Shown piece after piece: positions 12,004-21,344 of a stretch of 64,000 nucleotides of DNA (the first letter of the stretch is position 1; the number at the start of each line of letters is the position of its first letter). The notes beneath the pieces were generated by a model that saw nothing but the letters and a program-made list of their open reading frames with translations, ran no database searches and was not told the DNA's origin. This stretch comes from Centroscyllium fabricii (lineage: Eukaryota): the NCBI GenBank assembly GCA_051313645.2, contig JBNRSN020000001.1, forward strand, positions 260,214,001 to 260,278,000. The letters are read 5' to 3'. A program made the translations under genes and the position numbers.

Positions 12004-13334
12004 ATTTCTAATAAAACTGTTGGACTATAACCTGGTGTTTATATTTTAATATTCAAGTACAACAGTACTTATACAACTCATCAATTACATAGTAAATCCA
12101 TTACATACATTGACCACAATAAAAGCTTTATGGTCAACAACAATAGAATACATTTTTTCAGGTAAATCAAGTGTTTACAGTACAAACTGCCACTATCCAA
12201 TAAACCAAGAAAGAATCCCTATAAGCTAGTCCTACTGGCATCGCTTAATCATTCAGTCATTCATTCCTTCGTTCGTTCAAGCGTAAGTTCCATTGTGCAT
12301 GTCTGCGTGCATGTGTGCCATTTGTCTTACCTGTGTGCATGCGTGCATTCGTTCATCCGTCCCGGCGGCCACACACTCACCCAGCAGAGTACCACATTCT
12401 CCTGGGGAGCGGGCCCTCCATTCGGTCGAACGTAAGTTCCATTGTGTATATGTGCGTATCATTTGTCTACCTGTGTGCATGCGTGCATTCGTTCATCCGT
12501 CCTGGCGGCCTCACGCTCACCGAGCAGGGCTTTCCAAATTCTCCCGGGGAGCGGGCCCTCCATTCGGTCGAAGTTAAGTTCCATTGTGTATGTGTGTGTA
12601 TTATTGTATCCGCATGCGCGCGTTCACTTGAGCGTTCGTTCGTACATTAAAGAAGGCATCCACAGTAAATAACACCAAAATATACAAAGTCCCACAGCCA
12701 CATCAGAAATCAATTTCAAATAAACTACTTTTAACCAGAAACCTGAAACTTATTCAACAAAACAAGTAAATACCAGTTCTACACCAGTCCTATTGGCACT
12801 CTGATAACTCCTTGATTTCACTTGATGTTATCTAACCATATAATGTCATGATCCTTGTCCGTAGTCTTCAAGCTTTCCACAGAAAGAAGCCGACCACTTT
12901 CTCAAATCCTGTCAAAGAAGAAAAACGACGACTCAAATTTCCCTCTTCTTGCTGTTATCACTCACAGGACCCAGCCATCAAGACAGTCAATATTCCTTAC
13001 CGATATTACTTTGTTTTGTCTTTTATCTTCCTTTTATTTTCCTTTTTTCTACTTTTATTCTGTTCTCTTTTCCCATCTTATGGCCCCTCATGCTCCATGC
13101 TACAGATGGAAACAGTCTGTCTTTCCTCCACCAAAATGGCAGCTCACAAATCCGATCCCATCAATGAAACAAGCCTCACAGCCACCAGATGGAGCACAGG
13201 CAAGGCCACTGGAACTCATTTGGCCCGAGGCCATTTTTCAACCTTATAAACTGTACAGCATGCTTACCCACAGCATCCCCCCCGACTCCGCATCTGCCGA
13301 CCAGCCACTCTGCCCTGGGCCCCCCCCAGCTAGG

Positions 13335-13563
13335 TGTTGTGCTGGTAGCACAATAAATACTCGGACACAGATGATCAACAACAAACAAGAGGTCTTTACT
13401 CGGCCAACGCCCAGGTGGAAACTGAATACAACTTGCAGTACAGCGCTATTTATACTAGGTGACCTAAAGAGGTATTACAGTAATCTTCCACCATACACAA
13501 AATAGTGCAGCTCTGTTATAGGCTCACAGGCTGTCCATCATACGCCTTATCACATACACTACA
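13335..13563 (-). mobile_element. Solo LTR inserted in the right foldback arm only
   Basis: TG...CA ends, imperfect 5-bp TSD CTAGG/TTAGG, absent from the left arm; TATAAAT on the minus strand. Confidence 0.65.
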
Positions 13564-14729
13564 TTAGGGTCCTCCGTGCTGGGCCTCCCGCCCAGGAAAC
13601 TCTCCTCTGGGTCTTCCACCCTGGGCCTTGTATACTGGGCCCACCGCACTAGCATTCCCCACGAGCAGCCGGGGTGTGGAGCAGCCAGTTGACACAGCAC
13701 CAAGCAGAGCTGAGAACCTCACAGCCTGTGTGTCTCTCTGCACATGTTTCGGTTTTCAAATAAAACTGTTGGACTGTAACCTGGTGTTGTGTGACTTCGT
13801 ATATTTGTCCACCCCAGTCCAACACCGGCACCTCCACATCAGGAGGAGATGGTAATTGGGCAGGTTAAGAAACAAACGATTGCTCTAGATAAAGTTTAAA
13901 TTGTGCTGGCAGAATGAAAGACAGCTGGCATGTGGGAGAGAAGAAAAGAAAACACAAAACAAGTGTGGATAAAAAATATATGATAGGGGCCGAGGTTATG
14001 ATCAGAAATTGCTGAACTCTATGTTAAGTCCAGAGGCTCTAAAGTGCTGGAACTGTACTGCACTGTGATTGGTCATTCTGTGATTGGAGAGTTTACGGTC
14101 GGTGTTCTGTATTGTGATTGGTCAATCCGAACGAAAGCTTGTCTCCGATTGGAGAGTTTACGGTTCCGGTGCTCTGCGCTGTGATTCGCAGAGTCTTTTA
14201 TCCGATTGGCCAATCTGTGCCCGATGCTGATCTGTGATTGGTTGAATCACAGTAAGTGCTGCCAAATGCAAAATCAGACCGTTGATTGGGTGCGTGGTTA
14301 TTGTTGGGTCTGAGCCTCCAAGACCAATGAACCTACCATTAGCCAGTTCAGAATTGAGGCGAAACACATGCTTGCGAAGATGATTGGTGAGTCTGAGCTC
14401 TGTGGTGATTGACAGCACAAACCTGCATTGTTATTGGTACAATTACCACCTGGAGATTGTAATTGGCGGGATTGGCGTTCGAGGTTTTGTGATTGGCTGG
14501 TCCGAACTACCGCATGACTGAGTGGGCGTCAAGCCCTCTCGGCATTGTGATTGGCGGAGGTGATTCCTACTGCAATATGATTGGTCAGTGTTAGCTGGCG
14601 TTTGATTGGCATAATTGGGGAATCGCACTGTGATTGGCTAGTCTGTGTGAGTCTGCGATGGGTGAAACGGTAGTTTCGGGTACACTGTGATTGGCGGGGC
14701 GGGGCGGGGCTGCGCTGCCGTGCTGTGAT

Positions 14730-15187
14730 TTATTTACTTTTTATTCGTTGATGGGATGTGGGTGTCGCTGGCTGGCGAGGCCTGCATTTAGTGCCCATCC
14801 CTAATTGCCCTTGAGAAGATGGTGGTGAGCCGCCTTCTTGAACCGCTGCAGTCCATATGGTGTAGGTACACCCACAATGTTGCGTAGCGGTTGTTTACAA
14901 CTGAGTGGCTTGCTCGGCCATTTCAGAGGGCATTAAGAGTCAACCACATTGCTGTGGGTCTGGAGTCACATGTAGGCCAGACCAGGTAAGGATGGCAGAT
15001 TTCCTTCCCTGAAGCACATTAGTGAACCAGATGGGTTTTTGCAACAATCGACAATGGTATCATGGTCGCCATTACTAAGACTAACATTTAATTCAAATTC
15101 CACCAGCTGCCGTAGTGGGATTTGAACCCATGATCCTCTATGGCTTACTCGTCTAGTGACATAACCACTTCGCCACCGCCTCCCCCG
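14730..15187 (-). mobile_element. tRNA-derived SINE (family 2, LINE-derived tail)
   Basis: A/B-box head (GGTGGCGAAGTGG...GGTTCAAATCCC) on minus; homologous to 23166-23640. Confidence 0.85.
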
Positions 15188-15380
15188 GCAGGGGTTATGT
15201 CACTAGATTGACAGGGCTTGAGCTGCCGCCCCGTGATTGGCGGGGCTGTGTGAGTTTGCGATTGGAAAAGCGGAGGTTTCGGGTACGTTGCGATTGGTCG
15301 GACCTGAGCGGACGCCGAGCTGTGATTGGCGCGGCTGGGGTACCGCCGCGCTGTGATTGGCGAGACTGCACTGCCGCTCT

Positions 15381-15890
15381 GTGATTGGCGGGGCTGTGTG
15401 AGTTTGTGATTGGAGAAGTGGAGGTTTCGGTTATGCTGTGATTGGCGGAGCTGCGCTGTCGCTCTGTGATTGGCGGGGCTGTGTGAGTTTGTGATTGGAG
15501 AAGTGGAGGTTTCGGTTATGCTGTGATTGGCGGAGCTGCACTGTCGCTCTGTGATTGGCGGGGCTGTGTGAGTTTGCGATTGGAGAAGCGGAGGTTTCGG
15601 CGATGCTGTGATTGGCGGAGCTGCACTGCCGCTCCGTGATTGGCGGGGCTGTGTGAGTTTGCGATTGGAGAAGCGGAGGTTTCGGCGATGCTGTGATTGG
15701 CGGAGCTGCACTGCCGCTCCGTGATTGGCGGGGCTGTGTGAGTTTGCGATTGGAGAAGCGGGAGGTTTCGTTGATGCTGTGATTGGCGGAGCTGCACTGC
15801 CGCTCCGTGATTGGCGGGGCTATGGTGAGTTTGCGATTGGATAAGCGGGAGGTTTCGGCTATGCTGTGATTGGCGGGACTGCGCCGCCGC
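15381..15890. repeat. 85-bp tandem repeat x ~6, three ATTGG per unit
   Basis: Unit starts at 15381, 15466, 15551, 15636, 15721 and 15807. Confidence 0.92.
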
Positions 15891-15999
15891 GGCGCTGTGA
15901 GTGGTCAGGCCTGAGCGGACGCTGAGCTGTAATTGGTGGGGCTGCGCTGCCGCTCTGTGATTGGCGGGATTGTGTGATTGGAGAAGCTGGAGGTTTTGG

Positions 16000-16338
16000 G
16001 GCAGGCGGTGCCATTGGCTGGGGCAGGCGGTGCCATTGGCTGGGGCTGCGCTGCCATTGGCTGGGGCTGCGCTGCCATTGGCTGGGGCTGCGCTGCCATT
16101 GGCTGGGGCTGCGCTGCCATTGGCTGGGGCTGCGCTGCCATTGGCTGGGGCTGCGCTGCCATTGGCTGGGGCTGCGCTGCCATTGGCTGGGGCTGCGCTG
16201 CCATTGGCTGGGGCTGCGCTGCCATTGGCTGGGGCTGCGCTGCCATTGGCTGGGGCTGCGCTGCCATTGGCTGGGGCTGCGCTGCCATTGGCTGGGGCTG
16301 CGCTGCCATTGGCTGGGGCTGCGCTGCCATTGGCTGGG
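16000..16338. repeat. 21-bp tandem repeat (GCCATTGGCTGGGGCTGCGCT) x 14 plus two 22-bp variants
   Basis: Directly visible; the ORF track shows MAAQPQP 14 times. Confidence 0.95.
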
Positions 16339-16483
16339 TCCGGTCGGCAGGGAGACGGGAAGCGGTTGTCAGGGGCCGATTGCGGGAAGGCCGAGGAGGA
16401 GCGGACTCCGGCTCGGAGTGTCATCCCGCGGGGGAAGGAAGGGCGGAGAGACCGAGGCTGGTGGTTTCACCGTCGAGTGAAAA

Positions 16484-16588
16484 ATGGGCTGCCTGTTCTC
16501 CCGAAAATCCAAGGGGAAAAACCGAGGCGTCAAGGCCGCGGCGGCCGAGGAGGAGCCCAAGCAATACAGCTGGGACAAGCGGGAGAAG
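16484..16588 (+). CDS. RP2: RP2 (XRP2, ARL3 GTPase-activating protein) coding exon 1
   Basis: Translates MGCLFSRKSKGKNRGVKAAAAEEEPKQYSWDKREK, matching the vertebrate RP2 N-terminus (Gly2/Cys3 acylation motif; PKQYSWD.REK). GTAAG donor at 16589, phase 0. Confidence 0.95.
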
Positions 16589-16629
16589 GTAAGGTAAGGG
16601 CCGGGCTGGGCTCGGCCGGAGTGCCAGGC

Positions 16630-16870
16630 CCCCGGGGCAGGGGAGAGGGTGAGGGCCGGACCCCCGGGGCGGGGGAGAGGGTGAGGGCCGGACCCCCGGG
16701 GCGGGGGAGAGGGTGAGGGCCGGACCCCCGGGGCGGGGGAGAGGGTGAGGGCCGGACCCCCCGGGGCGGGGGAGAGGGCCGGACCCCCGGGGCGGGGGAG
16801 AGGGCCGGACCCCCGGGGCGGGGGAGAGGGCAGTCCCCGGGGGGAGAGAGCGCAGTCCCCGGGGGGATGC
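16630..16870. repeat. G-rich ~26-32 bp minisatellite at the start of intron 1
   Basis: Repeated GGGCCGGACCCCCGGGGCGGGGGAGAGGGTGA; GC boxes and G-runs on the sense strand. Confidence 0.85.
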
Positions 16871-17110
16871 CTCCCTGCCCTGCCCTGCCCCAGTGTTGAG
16901 CAATCCGGCTCTTCTCCCTCGGGCTGATTTCTTCATCTTCAAATCTGCAGAGAGAGAAATGTGCAGGTTGCTGTGACTATTTTATGAAGCAGTTACCTCG
17001 TTTGATAACTCTCCTACGAAGCGACTTGGGACGGTTAATTACATCAAAGGCACTAAATAAATGTAGGTAGTTGTTGCCTGAAAGAAATGCTGTAACTGCC
17101 ATATATATAA

Positions 17111-17555
17111 TTGGAGAGGCTGAGTAGATTGGGCCTCTACTCATTGGAGTTCAGAACAATGAGAGACGATCTTATCGAAACATATAAGATTGTGAAGGGG
17201 CTTGATCGGGTGGATGCGGTGAGGATGTTTCCACTGATGGGTGAGACTAGAACTAGGGGGCATAATCTGAGAATAAGGGGCTGCCCTTTCAAAACTGAGA
17301 TGAGGAGAAACTTCTTCACTCAGAGGGTAGTAAATCTATGGAATTTACTACCTCAGAGCTGTGGAAGCTGCAACATTAAATACATTTAAAACGGAGATAG
17401 ACAGTTTCCTAACGGATAGGGGAATAAGGGGTTTCGGGGAGCGGGCAGGGAAGTGGACGTGAGTCTAAGTTCGGATCAGCCATGATCCTATTGAATGGCG
17501 GAGCAGGCCCGAGGGGCCGTATGACCGACTCCTTCTCCTACTTATGTTATGTTCA
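17111..17555 (+). mobile_element. CR1 LINE 3' end
   Basis: ERLSRLGLYSLEF...RNFFTQRVVNLW and CR1 tail. Confidence 0.9.
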
Positions 17556-17619
17556 TTTGTTTACCCTTATGCCATTCAGTAGAGTCAAAAGTGGGATATG
17601 CAGAGATTCAATGATTCGC

Positions 17620-17883
17620 AGTCCAACGGTTTTGTTTGGGGTCGCGGGCTTTCGGGGCGCTGCTCCTTCCTCGGGTGGGGGAGGGGTTCGTCCAAAGACA
17701 GCACATATACAAGCTTGTGTGTGTGCTGTCTTTGGATGGACTTCTCTTTCGCCTGGGGTGGGAGGGGGGGGAGCGGCGCTCTGAGGGCTTGTGATTTCGG
17801 GTGAAACTGTTGGACTATAACCTGGTGTTGTGTGACTTCTTGCATTTGTCCACCCCAGTCCAACACCGGCACCTCCACATCAT
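17620..17883. mobile_element. Penelope-derived palindrome with A>G hypermutation
   Basis: Hairpin 17620-17816 centred on AAGCTT (17711-17716), followed by the PLE terminal extension ...CCGGCACCTCCACATCAT. Confidence 0.85.
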
Positions 17884-17885
17884 GG

Positions 17886-18155
17886 CTTTCAAAACTAAGA
17901 TGAGAAGAAACTTCTTCACTCCGGGGGTAGTAAATCTGGAATTTGCAACCTCAGAGCTGTGGAAGCTGCAACGTTAAATAAGTTTAAAACGGAGATAGAC
18001 AATTTCCTAGCTGATAAGGGAATAAGGGGTTACAGGGAACGGGTAGGGAAGTGGACGTGAGCCTAAGTTCGGATCAGCCATGATCCTATTGAATGGCGGA
18101 GCAGGCCCGAGGGGCTGTATGGCCTACTCTTGCTCCTACTTCTTATGTTCTTATG
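17886..18155 (+). mobile_element. CR1 LINE 3' end
   Basis: Homologous to 17285-17550. Confidence 0.85.
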
Positions 18156-18307
18156 AAACAAACTGCAGAAAAAAAAATCCATTTTAATTTTGGGCAGGAG
18201 AATAATCGAAGTTGTACCTGCATTTAGTTTGTGGCAGTGTTTTAAATATTTGTATGGGCAAAAATGTTGGTGGCCCTTGTCCACCTGGGCAATCTGTTCC
18301 AGTCAAT

Positions 18308-18527
18308 GGCGGGTTAGGTTGATTGGCCAGGATAAATTGACCCTTAGTGTTAGGGGGATTGAGTATGTGGGGTTACGGGGGTAGGGTGGGATATGTGTCG
18401 ATGCAGGCTCAAGAGGGATATGGGGAGAGGGCAGGGACGGGGTACTGGGTTTGGATGATCAGCCATGATCTCATTGAAGGGCCGAATGGCCTACTCCTGC
18501 TCCTATCTTCTATGTTTCTATGTTTCT
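18308..18527 (+). mobile_element. V-SINE 3' half
   Basis: Matches the 3' half of 26453-26859. Confidence 0.8.
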
Positions 18528-19045
18528 AAGTCTTGTCAGCTTTTTTTTTTCCCCCCACTTCACTTCAGCTCAGACTTCTGAACCCAATTTTAAAAAGTGA
18601 GCAGAGTTCGGGTCCCACCAGTCAGTGTGAGTGTCATTGCTTATTTTTAGATGATGTGTGGCCAAAGTGGTGGTTTTCCTTTCTGGAAATGGGCCACGTT
18701 TGCAAACCTTAGCAACACCCAGGGAGGCTTCCAGAAAGAGCTTTGTTTCCATTTCCCCTTTTTGAAACTTCTTCTCTTTCCTCCTCCCACCCCCAACCCA
18801 GTTGCAGTGTTCCCTGGCTGAGCGTGGGGAAGTCACTACAACAGCAAGGAGGGGGAAAAAATACTCAAGTGTCTGTGGTTTCTGGCCATATTGTTAAATC
18901 TCCCCTACAAACTTACATAGTTTGGTAACGTAACAGTTTTAATAAATGTGTTCCTGATCATAGCCAATACTTCTATTGGTCGAGTTGTTGCAGTTGCAGT
19001 TGGAGGGCCTGGTATGCTGTGACGGGGTGGGTTAAGAGCTAGTTA

Positions 19046-19248
19046 TGATGTGGAGATGCCGGTGTTGGACTGGGGTGGACAAATGCAAGAAGTCACACAA
19101 CACCAGATTATAGTCCAACGGTTTTATTTTAAATCACAAGCTTTCGGAGCTTTCTCTGTTCACCTGAGGAAGGAGCAGAACGCTCCGAAAGCTTGTGATT
19201 TAAAATAAAACCGTTGGACTATAATCTGGTGCTGTGTGACTTCTTGCA
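19046..19248 (+). mobile_element. Penelope-derived mini-palindrome with hammerhead (family 1)
   Basis: Inverted arms; TSD AAGAGCTAGTTA on both sides. Confidence 0.85.
19160..19198 (+). ncRNA. Minimal type I hammerhead ribozyme motif
   Basis: TCAC-CTGAGGA-A-GGAGC-AGAAC-GCTCC-GAAA-GC-TT-GTGA. Confidence 0.8.
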
Positions 19249-19348
19249 AGAGCTAGTTAAACCACAGGATGACCTCTTCCTGCAGCTCTGCTGAGATGTG
19301 GTGTGGTAAATTGCACTCTGAATTGGTGGAGCTGTCTGGTTATATACA

Positions 19349-19546
19349 AAAAGTCACACAACACCAGGTTTAAAGTCCAACGTTTTATTTTAAATCACAA
19401 GCTTTCGGAGCTTTTGCCCCTTCGTCAGGTGAACAGAGAAAGCTCCGAAAGCTTGTGATTTAAAATAAAACGTTGGACTTTAAACCTGGTGTTGTGTGAC
19501 TTTTTGCATTTGTCCACCCCAGTCCAACACCGGCACCTCCGCATTA
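19349..19546 (-). mobile_element. Penelope-derived mini-palindrome with hammerhead, opposite orientation
   Basis: Inverted arms; TSD TGGTTATATACA. Confidence 0.85.
19395..19432 (-). ncRNA. Minimal type I hammerhead ribozyme motif
   Basis: Minus strand reads TCAC-CTGACGA-A-GGGGC-AAAA-GCTCC-GAAA-GC-TT-GTGA. Confidence 0.82.
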
Positions 19547-20413
19547 TGGTTATATACAGGGTGCAGTCTACTTGTTGGACCGGAGTGGAATCATTCTTGA
19601 GGTGGGGTGGGGGTCTAGTTTCAGTAAACTAGAGTCTGGCATCATTACTGTAAGACTGCTGTCAGAAGTCAAGAATCTATTCCAATTGTAAGGGAAGCAT
19701 ATTGCTTTGGGCAGTGATGTCTGTTCCAGTTGATTTTTGGTTAGACATTATTATGTTGCTAATGTTCATTGTGAGACTTTTTTCTGCAGTTTCCTTTGCT
19801 GAAGTGCAGCAGCTCAGTTCAAACAGTTTTTTTTATCTCTCCCATTTTCTTCTTTTCGGCCTCTCCTGAAGGGATTGACTCCTCCTGTGTTGCAGTGCTG
19901 GCAGCTCCTCAGCTAATGGCATTTAACTGTGCAGGCTTTGTTGTTGCTCTTCTGAGAGTCTGGATGGCTAAAGTGGCAACGGTTTGCCTGTGAAGGGCTC
20001 CACAACCAATCCTGATCCCATTCTCGCCCGGGCCAGCGGCTGACCACAGGGAGCTGGAAGGCTCGGCCATTTGGGCAATCGCCACTCGGCTGAGAATGAA
20101 TTTTTGCGTTGCAATGAAATGCATGAAGGTGATGGCCTGGCGACGTGTCTCTTAAATCGTTCCCATCTCAATCAGCACAAATCCATGATTCATTGAGTTG
20201 GTGTTCTTAGTATTGTGATGTTTAACTCCAAGTGCTAGTGATGATCAGATCTTTGTCCCACATAATTTAGCTCTTTGCCTTAATAGCTTGCTGAATATTG
20301 ACCCAAATGTCATAGAAACATAGAAGATAGGAGCAGGAGTAGGCCATTCGGCACTTCGAGCCTGCTCTGCCATTCAATGAGATCATGGCTGATCATCCAA
20401 ACCCAGTACCCTG

Positions 20414-21105
20414 TGTGACCGAAATAACGACCTCGTGGACGAGTAGTGAGAAGGGTGAAACAATATGGCTTTTATTCGCTAAATGGTGGACATGCACCAG
20501 CTAGTTGACCGTCCCCAGGAATGGTCGGGGGATGGGAGATGGCCGCTTATATACCTCCTCCTGGGAGGGAGGAGTCGCGGGTGGGGCCAGCGTGGGCATG
20601 TCCAGGTAATCGCACGATAGGTTATGTACAACATGAATAATGGTACGATTACAGAGATACATATATATACATAACGGGGTGGGTATATACAAGGAAACAG
20701 TGGTTTACCACATTCACCCCTTCTTTAAAACAAAAGTCCGGCGGGGTGAACGCGACAGTTCTTTTCATTTACAAATTAAGTCGCTTCGGCGGCCTGGTGA
20801 TCCTGGTTGAGCGTCGCACCGCTGGTGGTGTCAGTGGTCGTGGAGTGGCCGGTCGGGTTGGTTGCATCGATGGTGATGATGCCGGTTGGCGAGCGGTGGT
20901 TGATAGCGTCGGTTGGTTTCTCGTTGGTGCCCTTGCAGTGACAGTAGGAGGCGCGCTCTCTCCTTCGTCGTCTGACTCTAGGGGGCATGTACTGTGGAGC
21001 CATGCTGGAGGCCATGCCGTGCTGCCCGCAGGTGCCGGGTGGACGTACCGGGGTGCTGGGTTCTCGTGCCGGGGAGCGTAACTTGGCGCCGGTGGCCATG
21101 TAGTT
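20414..21105 (-). mobile_element. Gypsy element D fragment: 3' LTR (20414-20712), PPT and pol C-terminal tail
   Basis: TG...CA LTR; TTCACCCCTTCTTT (PPT complement); minus frame ends RRSTRITRPPKRLNL; inserted into a SINE/CR1 tail (20332-20413). Confidence 0.85.
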
Positions 21106-21344
21106 TCTTATCCTGGTTCCTGCAACGAAGGCTAAGTTATTAATCTGCTTAATGTTAAACTAAAAGGCCTTTGGAGTGGGACTCTAATGGTTAAGTAATT
21201 AAATTAGTAGCTTGTTTTCAGTTAAATATATTACTTAAACACTTTGCTTACTTGCTCAAAAAATTTATGTTTTCCACTGCGAATCATTGAATCTCTGCAT
21301 AGCCCACTTTTGACTCTACTGAATGGCATAAGGGTAAACAAATG

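Larger units (their letters stand above)
5599..13841. mobile_element. Giant Penelope-type foldback: inverted arms ~5600-7290 and ~12004-13800, with Gypsy B inserted near the apex
   Basis: Arms are reverse complements (same MILVRSLQAF ORF at 5689-6330 minus and 12848-13249 plus); PLE terminal repeat at outer and inner ends; candidate TSD GAGGAGATG at ~5590 and ~13843. Confidence 0.85.
14060..16380. promoter_or_regulatory. CCAAT-box (ATTGG on +) array upstream of RP2
   Basis: Dozens of ATTGG motifs at ~15-30 bp spacing, continuing to within ~150 bp of the RP2 ATG; CpG-rich. Promoter function is inferred from position only. Confidence 0.7.

Noticed and set aside
5650-13750. ADAR-type editing in the giant foldback arms
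   Set aside because: Arm differences sampled by eye are mixed substitutions without a clear same-strand A>G bias.
5599-13841. Maverick/Polinton or DNA-transposon long TIRs
   Set aside because: No polymerase, capsid or transposase between the arms; the interior is an independent Gypsy with its own TSD, and the ends are PLE-type.
1-14060. A divergent neighbouring gene sharing the CCAAT promoter
   Set aside because: No recognisable host exon on either strand upstream of RP2 in this window.
16000-16338. CRISPR-like array
   Set aside because: Head-to-tail identical units with no unique spacers, no cas genes, vertebrate context.
15145-16716. Long repetitive ORFs (PANGSAA, MAAQPQP, AIGWGCA repeats)
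   Set aside because: Open in several frames on both strands simply because the 21-bp GC-rich unit has no stop codon; the real CDS starts at 16484.
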